DNA of 64,000 nucleotides, taken from assembly GCA_036804125.1 (NCBI GenBank), contig DAIRTA010000001.1, forward strand, positions 26,005 through 90,004, written 5' to 3'. Below the pieces are notes generated by a model. That model was given only the letters and a program-made list of their open reading frames with translations. It searched no databases and was not told the DNA's origin. Below, piece after piece: positions 11,893 to 21,322 of this stretch; the stretch's first letter is position 1; each line of letters opens with the position of its first letter. The position numbers were made by a program, and so were the translations under genes. The stretch comes from Hyphomonas sp. Its GTDB lineage: Bacteria; Pseudomonadota; Alphaproteobacteria; Caulobacterales; Hyphomonadaceae.

Positions 11893-14800
11893 TGCCCGGC
11901 CATTCGGAGCCGGCGCGCCGCGTCTCTGGACAATTCCTCCGGGTGCAGCTTTCCTTGGCCGGCTCGCGGCAGAACTGGCCCAATCGTTTGGTATTGGCAA
12001 TCAGCCGGACGCGCTCAGCGACATGGTCATCTATTTGCCGAACAGGCGCTCGGCCCGCACTCTGTCTGTTGAACTTTTCCGGAAAGCTGGCGGCAATCCG
12101 GTCATCATGCCAGACATCAGAACCCTTGGAGATACTGAAACTGGTGAAACACCGGGCCTCATGGCGGGCATGCCAGCCAATTTGTTGCCCCCGCTTGATG
12201 AGACGGATCAGTTGGGTGTGCTGGTTACGCTGGTGAGGCGATACTATCGCACCGCCTTGGGTCAGACGATTCCGGCATCAATTGCCCTTGCTGCTGCGCG
12301 CGAACTGTCCGGTCTTCTCAACCAGGCCGTATTGGGAGAGGGCGCACAGTGGGCTGAACTGGAAGGCCTGGTCCACGCACCGGAGATGGCGGAGCATTGG
12401 GCGCGATCTGCTGAATTTCTGAGAATCCTGACACAGTGGTGGCCAGACTGGCTTGAAGAAAACAAGGTCTCAGATCCATTTCTATACCAGACAAGACTGG
12501 CGGAAGCTGTAGCCGAGCAGTGGCGACTTGCCCCGCCAACCGGACCTGTACTGATTGCCGGCTCGACCGGCGCAACACCCGCTGGGCGCATTCTCATGGC
12601 GGCTGCTTTGTCCCTCGATCGCGGGGCGGTTGTGCTGCCTGGCCTCGACAGGACACTTTCACCCAAGGCGCGGGAAGACGTGCTGAATGCGCCGAGTCAT
12701 CCGCAGAACACGCTATTGATGACTCTGCGCGCCCTGGGCGCAGAGTCAGAGGAGGTTGCGGAGTGGCCAGGCCCCGCTGAAACACAAAATGCCAAGGCCC
12801 GTCGCCAATTGATCAACACAGCGCTGGCGCCGGCCGAGATGACCTCGGACTGGCGCGCAAAACTGGCGGATCTGGCCGGCGAGTGCATGGGCACGGATGA
12901 AAGCATCGCGGGCTACCTGGGCGCGGCTTTGTCAGGGCTAAGCTTGCTCGCGGTAGCGGACGAAGCTTCAGAAGCGCAGGCTGCCGCCCTGCTCATGCGG
13001 GAAACTCTGGAACACCCTGGCAAGACAGCCGCCCTCATATCGCCCGATGCCGGTCTGGGCAGGCGGGTTGCGGCCGAACTCGGGCGCTGGGGGATAGCGG
13101 TTCCCCCTTCAGCTGGCGAACCACTTGGGCGAACACCTTGCGGAAGTTTTCTCGCATTGTGCGCACGCTTGGCCCTTGATGCTGGAAATCCACAAACGCT
13201 GGTCGCGCTGTTGAAGCATCCCTACGCCTCAGCAAAGCCTGAAGCCGATATCCTCGACATTCATTTTCTGAGGACACCGCGTAACTGGCGATCTTTGGAT
13301 GATCTTGCCGCACGCATTGCACCGCATGCTGATAAACTGCCGCGACACGCAGCGTATACCACTGAAGATGCGAAGAGGACGGTCGCATATTTGCAAGACC
13401 TGTCAGATGCTTTGCGGCGTTCGCAGAGCGAGGTGTTTCAGTCAGAATTAATCGATGCCGAGACCGCGTCGCGTCATTTGGCAACGCTCGCGACGGCTCT
13501 GGCCGTGCCGTCAGGGCCGTGGCTGGGGGAAGATGGCCGCTCGTGTGCGGCACTGCTGGACCGTCTGGCAAGACTGGCGGGTCATCTGGAAGCGATGCCG
13601 CCTGCGTCCTTCGTTGACCTTCTTGACGCCGAAATGGCACTCAAAACAGTACCGGCTGAGGGACAGAATCATCCGCGTCTTCAGATACTTGGCCCGCTTG
13701 AAGCGCGCCTGCAATCAGCGGACCTCATTATCCTGGCTGGCTTGAACGAAACAGTTTGGCCAAGGCGCCCCCCAGCCGACAGTTTCCTGCCGCGCAGGTT
13801 CCGCAAGCCACTCGGCCTTGTCGATCCTGATGAACGCGTAGGTCTCGCAGCGCATGATTTTGCCATGCTCGCAGGAGCGCCGGAGGTCATCCTGATGTAT
13901 GCTGAGCGCCGCGACGATGCCCCCGCCGTGGCCTCACGCTGGGTCTGGCGCTTGCAGACCCTCGTTCGCAGTGCCCTCGGGTCAGAGACCGGGCCTGTCC
14001 TGCGCGGTTCGGCGCGCTGGGCTGCTGATCTCGTGCCGGCAATGCAGCGCCAGGGTGCTAACGCCTTGCCCATCGGATTTACAGCGAAGCCAAGACCGAA
14101 ACGGCGGCCTGCAGGGTGGCCAAATCGGCTTTCGGTGACACAAGTAGACAGGATGCAACGCGATCCATATGCTTTGTGGGCTGAGCATACTCTTGGATTA
14201 CGCACATTGTATCCTCTGGGAACTAGCCCTACGGCGCTGCATCGAGGCACAGCGATACACCTTGCTGTCGAAGTGTTTGAAGAAGCAGTGCAGACAAAGT
14301 CACGCGAGGCCTTTCTGGAACTTCTCCGGACGGCCCTTGAAGATGGCGGTGAGCCACCGGAAAACTGGATCAGCACACAGCCTATATGGGAGTCGGCAGC
14401 AGACTGGTTTATGGACTGGCGCCGAAATCGGGATTTTGCCGGCGGGCTTTTCCGGGAGAAAGGAGGCAAGTATGATTTCGAGATCGCTGGCCAGCCCTTC
14501 TGCCTCACGGCTCAAGCGGACCGGATCGAGCTTGATGCCGGAGGAGCCATCAGAATTATCGATTTCAAGACTGGCAACCCGCCCTCGGACAAGATGATCC
14601 GTCAGGGTTTTGACCCGCAATTGCCGTTAGAGGCCCTGATCGCGCAGCAAGGTGGATTTGAGGGCGTTCCGCCTGCCAAAGTAGAAACTCTCGAATATGT
14701 TGCACTCAAGGCTCGCCCGGACCATCGTGTGATCGGAACAAGCAAATCTTTTCAGGCCACGCCGGCGGAAATGGCAAGCAAAGCTGCCGAGGGCCTGATC

Positions 14801-14944
14801 AAATTGATCTCGTCATACCGCGATCCCGATGCCGCCTTCCTGTCTGCGCCGCGCATTCAGTATGTGCGTTTCGACTATGGCTTTAACCTGCTCGCCCGCA
14901 GGGCTGAGTGGACAAGCGAAATGGCAGAAGAGAGCGATGGCTGA
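11882..14944 (+). CDS. addB: Double-strand break repair protein AddB
   Basis: LPNRRS, AGSTG, VLPGLD, HPQ, GPLEARLQ, C-terminal nuclease ADRIE...IIDFKTG. Confidence 0.93.
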   Translation: MPGDARPFGAGAPRLWTIPPGAAFLGRLAAELAQSFGIGNQPDALSDMVIYLPNRRSARTLSVELFRKAGGNPVIMPDIRTLGDTETGETPGLMAGMPANLLPPLDETDQLGVLVTLVRRYYRTALGQTIPASIALAAARELSGLLNQAVLGEGAQWAELEGLVHAPEMAEHWARSAEFLRILTQWWPDWLEENKVSDPFLYQTRLAEAVAEQWRLAPPTGPVLIAGSTGATPAGRILMAAALSLDRGAVVLPGLDRTLSPKAREDVLNAPSHPQNTLLMTLRALGAESEEVAEWPGPAETQNAKARRQLINTALAPAEMTSDWRAKLADLAGECMGTDESIAGYLGAALSGLSLLAVADEASEAQAAALLMRETLEHPGKTAALISPDAGLGRRVAAELGRWGIAVPPSAGEPLGRTPCGSFLALCARLALDAGNPQTLVALLKHPYASAKPEADILDIHFLRTPRNWRSLDDLAARIAPHADKLPRHAAYTTEDAKRTVAYLQDLSDALRRSQSEVFQSELIDAETASRHLATLATALAVPSGPWLGEDGRSCAALLDRLARLAGHLEAMPPASFVDLLDAEMALKTVPAEGQNHPRLQILGPLEARLQSADLIILAGLNETVWPRRPPADSFLPRRFRKPLGLVDPDERVGLAAHDFAMLAGAPEVILMYAERRDDAPAVASRWVWRLQTLVRSALGSETGPVLRGSARWAADLVPAMQRQGANALPIGFTAKPRPKRRPAGWPNRLSVTQVDRMQRDPYALWAEHTLGLRTLYPLGTSPTALHRGTAIHLAVEVFEEAVQTKSREAFLELLRTALEDGGEPPENWISTQPIWESAADWFMDWRRNRDFAGGLFREKGGKYDFEIAGQPFCLTAQADRIELDAGGAIRIIDFKTGNPPSDKMIRQGFDPQLPLEALIAQQGGFEGVPPAKVETLEYVALKARPDHRVIGTSKSFQATPAEMASKAAEGLIKLISSYRDPDAAFLSAPRIQYVRFDYGFNLLARRAEWTSEMAEESDG

Positions 14945-17900
14945 GGTATCGGCCTTATCTCCTCTTGACCGGGCTACGGAGGAGCAGTGCAAGGCCGCTG
15001 ACCCGCAATCCTCAGTCGTCGTAACGGCAAACGCGGGCAGCGGGAAAACGAAGGTTCTGATTGACCGCGTGGCCCGCTTGCTTCTGGGGCGCGGGGGGGA
15101 GTCAGCCGGTGCGGATCCGGCCTCAATTCTATGCATCACGTATACCCGCGCTGCCGCAAACGAGATGCTGACTCGTCTCTTCGATACGTTGGGCGCATGG
15201 GCGGTGATGGAAGATGAGCCGCTGAAAGCAAGGCTTGCAAAGCTCGAGGAGCGTCATCCGGGCACCTATACGATCGCTGAGCTTCGGGCGGCACGGGCAT
15301 TGTTTGCGCGCGCACTCGAAACGCCAGGCGGTCTGCGCATTGAGACCATCCATGCTTTCTGTGCGCGCGTTCTAAGGCGATTTCCACTCGAAGCCGGGGT
15401 GTTTCCGGGCTTCAGGGAACTAGAAGATTCCGATGCCAGGAAACTCTGGGATGCGGCCTGCAGGAAGGCCTTGTTCGAGTCCGCAGATCACTGGCCGGAT
15501 GACCTCTCGCGGGTTGCGCGTGTCTCCGGGGGGCGCGGCGCCAGCGATGCCTTGGAGTCGTTGAGGAAGTGCTCCGGGATCGTAACCCGCTTCGCGCGAA
15601 CCCATAATAATTCCTTCGATAAAATCGAAGCGGCGCTGCGTGAGAGCCTTCAACCACCGGATCGCCCCTCGGCCCAATTGCTGGGTGATGCGTTCGGCCC
15701 CGAAATGAGGCGAGATGCGCTAGAAGATGTTTATAACGCAATAGCGCGAACAGGAGCAGGCAATACTAGCCTGCTGGGGCTTCTCCGCGAAACCCTGGAT
15801 GAGACTGATCCGGCCACAGCCTGGACCAGTTACAAGCGGCTCATTCTCACATCGGCCGGCACCCCCCGGACGCAGAGTTGGTACAGCAAAGAAGTCGCCA
15901 GGGCAGTACCGGAAGTCGTCACCCTGTTTGCACTTAGTGAGCCTCCAGGCACGGAAGTCTCCCGGCTTCGGCGTCTTGCAGATGAACTGGAGCGCGCTGA
16001 GGCTTTTGAGCGGACCCTCTCGCTTCTCAGGGTGGGTCTGCCCGCGCTTGCGGCCTATCAGTCCCGAAAGGAAGCACTTGGTGTGCTCGATTTCGACGAC
16101 CTGATCGGGAAAACCAAAGACCTTCTCCAGTCTGAAGGGTTATCCAGCTGGGTACTTTTCAAGCTTGACGGAGGCCTCACGCATCTGCTGCTCGATGAAG
16201 CGCAGGATACCAGTCCAGATCAATGGCAACTGATTCAGGCCCTTACGGCTGAATTCCGGGCAGGCGATGGGGCAGAGCGCGATCAGAATCTGCGCACGCT
16301 TTTTATCGTCGGCGACGAAAAGCAATCGATTTATTCCTTCCAGGGCGCTGATCCTGACGCTTTTGTCGACATACTGCGCAACCTGACCCAGGCGCAGCCA
16401 CCGGCCAGGCGTGCCGAGTTGCTGGCCTCTTTCCGATCGTCCCCGGAGATCCTGTCATTTGTTGATGCTGTCTGGAACAATTCCACGATCATAGAGACGG
16501 CGGAGAGCCGGATCCCGCCGCGCACGGCTGATCGGACAAAGCATCTTGCAACACGCGCTGCAGAGCCGGGCTCGGTGGAACTCTGGCCAGTGGTGGAAAA
16601 GAATCCCGATGAGGAAGCCGATGCGTGGCAGCGCCCTGTCGACAGCATTTCAGAAGCATCGCCAAAGGCGCAGCTGGCGGACAGGATCGCCGCTTCACTC
16701 GCTGACATGATCTCGCAGGGCGAAACAATCTGGGATGGGAAGGGCCGGCAAAGAGCTGTTGAGCCAAGGGACATCCTGATACTCGTGCGTGACCGTCAAG
16801 GCGGGCTGTTCGAGGCCATGATACATGCTCTGAAACGCCGCGGGCTGCCAGTTGCAGGCGCTGACCGGCTCATTCTGACAGATCATATTGCTGTCCGGGA
16901 CTGCCTGAACCTGATCCGGTTTGCCCTGCTGCCCGCCCGGGACCTGACACTTGCTGAAATCCTTCGGGGACCGTTTGTCGGCCTTGTGGATGATGATATG
17001 TATCTCTATCCATTGGCGGCGGGTAGAGCGCAGGGGGAAACCCTATGGTCCCGCGTTCAGAACAGCCAGGACCCGGAAGTTCAGTGTGCTTTCAAATTTC
17101 TGGATAAGCTTTTAGCCAGCCGCGATCTTCCGCCCTATGAATATCTCATGGCCGCACTGGCCGGGCAGAATGAAACAGGACTGACAGGATGGCAGCGGCT
17201 GAATGCCCGCCTGGGCGAGCCTGCGCGAGATCCCGTTGAAGCGCTCTTGACGCGGGCGATTGCGCATGATGCCGCCGGGCCTTCCTCGCTGCAGCTGTTT
17301 CTCAATTCAATTGAGTCAGAGCCGATAGAAATCAAGCGTGATCTCGATGAGGCGGGCCGGGCGATCCGGATTATGACCGTGCACGGCGCCAAAGGGCTGC
17401 AGGCCCCGATCGTCATCCTTCCGGACACGACAAGGAAGCCAAAGACAACCGCGAGTGCCATACTTCAAGTCAGCGATTCTATCATCTGGTCACCGCGAAA
17501 AGCTCTCGATACGCCCGCTGCAGAAGTTGCCCGGGCGATAGCCGAGACAAAGGCCCTGGAGGAACATCGGCGGCTGCTATACGTGGCATTGACCCGCGCT
17601 CAGGACCGCCTGATCATTACGGGCGCCTGGCATGGCCGCGACGATGAAAAGAATCCGGGTTACGATGCCCAGTCATGGTATGCCGATTGCCGGCAGGGCA
17701 TGGAAGCGCTGGGTGTAGGGCCAAGCGGCGGTGTGTGGCGGTACGGCGCGGCCGCCGCTGCTAGCACAATGAAAGGTGATGAGCCGGAAACTGCGTCCGA
17801 GTTTCCGGCATGGCTGACGGAGCCGCCATCTGCGGAAGCGCAGGGAGCGCGCATGATGGCGCCGTCCCGCCTTCTGCCAACCCGAGCTTTGATGCTTGCC

Positions 17901-18443
17901 CCGTTTGATGCCGGCCGCGAGATACGGCTGCGACGGGGCCGCCTCATCCACACGCTGCTGCAGTACCTGCCAGATATTCCGGATGATCAGCGTGAACCAA
18001 ACGGACGCGCATATCTGGCTCGACAGGAGGGGATTACAGATAGCGAGATTTCCGAGATGTTGACGGCGGCGCTAGGGGTCTTGCGAGCCCCGGATTTTGC
18101 ACATTTGTTCGGTCCGGGAGGCCGGGCGGAGGCAGAGATCATTGGCTCATCTCCCGAGCTGCCTGCGAACACCATCATCCAGGGCCGGGTTGATCGGCTG
18201 ATTGTCGAATCGGATCGAGTTCTGATCCTGGATTACAAGACCGACCAGCCTGCCCCTGCGTCTGTCGATCAAGTGGCAGCGTCTTACATTGCTCAGATGG
18301 CGGCTTACTGGGCGGTCCTGCGCCATCTTTATCCGGGCAGGAGGGCGGAGGCGGCGCTCTGCTGGACGGATGGGCCAATCCTGATGCCCTTACCGGAGGA
18401 TCTCCTTCTCGGATCACTAGCTCAGTTGAGCGGCGATGTTTGA
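14937..18443 (+). CDS. addA: Double-strand break repair helicase/nuclease AddA (start ATG 14937)
   Basis: ANAGSGKT, LDEAQDTSP, VGDEKQSIYSFQGA, MTVHGAKGL, YVALTRA, DYKT nuclease motif. Confidence 0.96.
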   Translation: MAEVSALSPLDRATEEQCKAADPQSSVVVTANAGSGKTKVLIDRVARLLLGRGGESAGADPASILCITYTRAAANEMLTRLFDTLGAWAVMEDEPLKARLAKLEERHPGTYTIAELRAARALFARALETPGGLRIETIHAFCARVLRRFPLEAGVFPGFRELEDSDARKLWDAACRKALFESADHWPDDLSRVARVSGGRGASDALESLRKCSGIVTRFARTHNNSFDKIEAALRESLQPPDRPSAQLLGDAFGPEMRRDALEDVYNAIARTGAGNTSLLGLLRETLDETDPATAWTSYKRLILTSAGTPRTQSWYSKEVARAVPEVVTLFALSEPPGTEVSRLRRLADELERAEAFERTLSLLRVGLPALAAYQSRKEALGVLDFDDLIGKTKDLLQSEGLSSWVLFKLDGGLTHLLLDEAQDTSPDQWQLIQALTAEFRAGDGAERDQNLRTLFIVGDEKQSIYSFQGADPDAFVDILRNLTQAQPPARRAELLASFRSSPEILSFVDAVWNNSTIIETAESRIPPRTADRTKHLATRAAEPGSVELWPVVEKNPDEEADAWQRPVDSISEASPKAQLADRIAASLADMISQGETIWDGKGRQRAVEPRDILILVRDRQGGLFEAMIHALKRRGLPVAGADRLILTDHIAVRDCLNLIRFALLPARDLTLAEILRGPFVGLVDDDMYLYPLAAGRAQGETLWSRVQNSQDPEVQCAFKFLDKLLASRDLPPYEYLMAALAGQNETGLTGWQRLNARLGEPARDPVEALLTRAIAHDAAGPSSLQLFLNSIESEPIEIKRDLDEAGRAIRIMTVHGAKGLQAPIVILPDTTRKPKTTASAILQVSDSIIWSPRKALDTPAAEVARAIAETKALEEHRRLLYVALTRAQDRLIITGAWHGRDDEKNPGYDAQSWYADCRQGMEALGVGPSGGVWRYGAAAAASTMKGDEPETASEFPAWLTEPPSAEAQGARMMAPSRLLPTRALMLAPFDAGREIRLRRGRLIHTLLQYLPDIPDDQREPNGRAYLARQEGITDSEISEMLTAALGVLRAPDFAHLFGPGGRAEAEIIGSSPELPANTIIQGRVDRLIVESDRVLILDYKTDQPAPASVDQVAASYIAQMAAYWAVLRHLYPGRRAEAALCWTDGPILMPLPEDLLLGSLAQLSGDV

Positions 18444-18509
18444 CTCTGAAAATGAGTCCCTATCTATCCACCAGGCAGTATTTGTTTCTTGTCAGAAGGA
18501 TCCTTGTTC

Positions 18510-18830
18510 ATGGCGGCAAAAAATGTGACCGATCAGGAGTTTGAGAGCTTGGTCAGTGAATCAGCCCTGCCAGTCGTGGTGGACTTCTGGGCTGAGTGGT
18601 GCGGACCCTGCAAGCAGATGGCCCCTCATCTCGAAGCCGTGGCGGAAGACATGGTCAACAAGGTTACAGTCGTGAAACTGAACGTCGATGAATTCCCGAT
18701 CACGGGTGCCAAGTATGGCATTCGGGGATTGCCGACTTTGCTGATGTTCAAAGATGGAAAAGTCACCGCGACGCGAAATGGAGCGATGAACCGGCAAGCT
18801 CTTGCGGACTGGATCAAGCAAAGCATCTGA
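18510..18830 (+). CDS. trxA: Thioredoxin
   Basis: VDFWAEWCGPC; follows addA as is usual in Alphaproteobacteria. Confidence 0.97.
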   Translation: MAAKNVTDQEFESLVSESALPVVVDFWAEWCGPCKQMAPHLEAVAEDMVNKVTVVKLNVDEFPITGAKYGIRGLPTLLMFKDGKVTATRNGAMNRQALADWIKQSI

Positions 18831-18854
18831 CCACCGCTATCTGCCAGCGGAGGC

Positions 18855-18878
18855 CATTCCCTTACGATAGTGGGAATG
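18855..18878. terminator. Hairpin between convergent trxA and bactofilin genes; possible terminator
   Basis: CATTCCC-N10-GGGAATG inverted repeat; no strong U-tract. Confidence 0.4.
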
Positions 18879-18882
18879 ATGT

Positions 18883-19413
18883 TTAGCTCAGAGCCGAGGG
18901 GGCGGGCCCCGTTATTGGGGTGACAGAGGCAGACTGGCCTGTCGATCCCGATTTCGACTCGCTCGCGCCAGCTCCAACCGGACCGGTTTCCCGAAGCGGA
19001 TCTTCAGCGTGTTTCACCTGGCCTTCAAATACGGCATTTGACTGAATTTGAAGGGAAGCGTGGACGATATCGCCCTTGACGTGAGCACCGGTCTCCAATT
19101 CGACCTTACGAGCGCGTATGGAGCCCTTTATCCGGCCCTTGACCTTGACGACCTCGGCCTTGACCTCGCCGGTTATCTGGCCGCTCGCGCCGATTGTGAT
19201 GTCCGTAGCCGATACGTCCCCATCGACGATACCATCGATCTGGAGGGCGCCTTGCGAAACGATGGAACCATTGATCTTCATATCGGAGCAAATGATCGAG
19301 GCGGCCCGCGCGGCAGGCTTGCCTGAGGCGGCCCGTATGGCGTCCTGCGCAGGCGCCTGACGTGGTGTTTCCGGCGTTTCTCGCTCGGGTGTTTTACTGT
19401 TCTTGGTAAACAT
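18883..19413 (-). CDS. bacA: Bactofilin (polymer-forming cytoskeletal protein)
   Basis: N-terminal MFTK peptide; beta-helix repeats SII...ING.I...G.LQIDG.V.G.V, V.G.I.G.I.A..V.L, A.FEG; disordered termini. Confidence 0.93.
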   Translation of the reverse strand: MFTKNSKTPERETPETPRQAPAQDAIRAASGKPAARAASIICSDMKINGSIVSQGALQIDGIVDGDVSATDITIGASGQITGEVKAEVVKVKGRIKGSIRARKVELETGAHVKGDIVHASLQIQSNAVFEGQVKHAEDPLRETGPVGAGASESKSGSTGQSASVTPITGPAPSALS

Positions 19414-20599
19414 GACGTCCTGCCTTCAGAAACTTCATAGGATCATACGGTTTGTTGTTATACCATACTTCATAGTGAAGGTGATCCCCCGTACTGCGGC
19501 CGGTAGACCCCATCCGCCCGATTAAATCCCCGGTCGCAACAGTTTGCCCCAGCCTGACGTTAATCGAGCGCAGATGTGCATAGCGTGTGCGGAAACCGTG
19601 TCCATGATCAATCTCGACCAGAAGCCCGTATGCGCCCCTGTTGCCTGAATAGGTGACGATGCCCGGGCCTGTCGTCGCAATAGGCGCATCGCGATAAGCG
19701 GCCATGTCGAGGCCCATATGAGGGGCGGGCCGCCGCGTGAAGGGGTCAACGCGGAACCCATATCCGCTGGTGAAGCGGAACGAGACAGCTACAGGCCGCC
19801 CAAGCGGCAAGCTTTCCACGACCTGCTCGTAATGCTTCATTTCGGCTACGCGGGCGCGGGCCTGGCTGATCCGGGTGTCGAAATTGTCGTCCTTGGGATT
19901 GACGGCGCTTGATGTGAGATTGCCGACGGACAGAAGCGGTCCGCCCATCGGCGATGCCGCCGTTATTCTGTCGGCCCCGACAGAAGTTAATTGCAACACG
20001 CCGCGCGCGCGCTCAGCTCTGGCGGAAGCATATTCCTCTGCCTGTCCGACAAGGCGTTCGATATCCTGGCTAAGGGCTCTCGCAGTCATGCGACCGGATG
20101 GGGTGCTGAAAGATGCCGTCATGAACAGGGCATCGCGGGACACGCGCCGGTCAGCCTCATCGATGGTCGCTTCAATCAGCAAGGATGCACCATCACCCTC
20201 AAGCGAGGACAGCTTCATGCCGTCCTGCTCCCGCATATCCTGAATGAGGCCTTCGAGTGCCCGCTGCTTTTCCTCCAGCTCGGTGACTTCCTTTGACCGC
20301 TGCTCAAGCAGCGAGCGGTCAACCGCCTGGCTCGCCCGAAGGTCCTGAATGAAGCGCTCGTAGCGCGCCAGCTCTTTTCCGTCTCCCGTGGAGGCAATCG
20401 AGCCTGACCCTTCCCGAACAAAGTTCGCTGTCGCGAAAACTGTCCATCCGGCAATGAAGGTCAGGCCAGCCGCCATGATGGCCTGCTGCCAGGGAGAAAC
20501 GGATATGTATCTGACAGTCCCGCCACTGCGGAGATAGATCTGGCGTTCTGGGAAAGCTCTTGAAAAAGCTGTCCAGATGTTTCCACTCAACTTAGCCAT
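19394..20599 (-). CDS. lmdC: Membrane-anchored M23 endopeptidase, LmdC type
   Basis: N-terminal FPERQIYLRSGG, one TM helix, coiled coil, M23 motifs HMGLD, YAHL, STGRSTGDHLHYEV; overlaps the bactofilin gene by 20 nt. Confidence 0.88.
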   Translation of the reverse strand: MAKLSGNIWTAFSRAFPERQIYLRSGGTVRYISVSPWQQAIMAAGLTFIAGWTVFATANFVREGSGSIASTGDGKELARYERFIQDLRASQAVDRSLLEQRSKEVTELEEKQRALEGLIQDMREQDGMKLSSLEGDGASLLIEATIDEADRRVSRDALFMTASFSTPSGRMTARALSQDIERLVGQAEEYASARAERARGVLQLTSVGADRITAASPMGGPLLSVGNLTSSAVNPKDDNFDTRISQARARVAEMKHYEQVVESLPLGRPVAVSFRFTSGYGFRVDPFTRRPAPHMGLDMAAYRDAPIATTGPGIVTYSGNRGAYGLLVEIDHGHGFRTRYAHLRSINVRLGQTVATGDLIGRMGSTGRSTGDHLHYEVWYNNKPYDPMKFLKAGRHVYQEQ

Positions 20600-20742
20600 T
20601 CAAGCTACTCGCCTTTGGCAAAATCCAAGATGGTCGCTGCCCTGACCAATTTGAAACACCCTACCCAATATTTCTCTTACTGCATTTGCCTGATCGCGGA
20701 AGTCCCGTTCAGCAACTTTTCGCGTATTTTAGGCAGATCCGG

Positions 20743-20758
20743 GTTAACTCCTTGTTAA
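20743..20758 (-). promoter_or_regulatory. CtrA-binding site upstream of lmdC-bacA
   Basis: Minus strand reads TTAA-CAAGGAG-TTAAC, matching TTAA-N7-TTAAC. Confidence 0.75.
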
Positions 20759-21255
20759 GGTCGGGCATCAAGATCGCTTGCCTGGCCTTGATGGCGTTGC
20801 AGCGTCTGCAGTACCTCTTCAGCGTGGCCGGCAACTTTGACCTTCTGCCAGACATGCAGGATGCGGCCGCCAGGGGCTATCAGGAAGGTGCGCCGGGCGA
20901 CGCCCATATAGGCTCGGCCATACAGCTTCTTTTCCTCCCAAGTCCCGTAGCTCTCGCAAACCGTTCCGTCGGCGTCACTTGCCAGCCGGATCGTCAGACC
21001 ATGCTTGTCTGAGAACTTCTGATGTTTTTTGATGCTATCGCGGGAAACCCCCAGAATTGAGGCGCCACTATCGGCAAATGCGTCGGATAAGGCTGAAAAA
21101 TCACGGGCCTCATGAGTGCAACCCGGAGTGTCGTCCTTCGGATAGAAATACAGGACCAGATAGTGCCCGGCGAAGTCCTTCAGACGGGCAACACCATCGG
21201 CTGTCTCCAAACGGAAATCAGGGGCCATGTCCCCGGTATTCAATGCAGCGGCCAT
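20755..21255 (-). CDS. bcp: Peroxiredoxin, BCP/PrxQ family
   Basis: LYFYPKDDTPGCT.EA, GVS.D, R.TFLI, GHAEEVL. Confidence 0.95.
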   Translation of the reverse strand: MAAALNTGDMAPDFRLETADGVARLKDFAGHYLVLYFYPKDDTPGCTHEARDFSALSDAFADSGASILGVSRDSIKKHQKFSDKHGLTIRLASDADGTVCESYGTWEEKKLYGRAYMGVARRTFLIAPGGRILHVWQKVKVAGHAEEVLQTLQRHQGQASDLDARP

Positions 21256-21322
21256 GTGAAGCTCCTATGGTTCAAAGGATTTTAGCGATTTATAGGTCTT
21301 TTGGCATCGCACGCGATAAGTC

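Noticed and set aside
13681..14508. 275-aa ORF antisense to addB, and the many similar overlapping ORFs in the track
   Set aside because: Ser/Arg/Ala/Pro-rich off-frame translations typical of GC-rich DNA.
11882..14944. AddB lacks the four-Cys Fe-S staple
   Set aside because: Appears to be the ordinary alphaproteobacterial form; not treated as novel.
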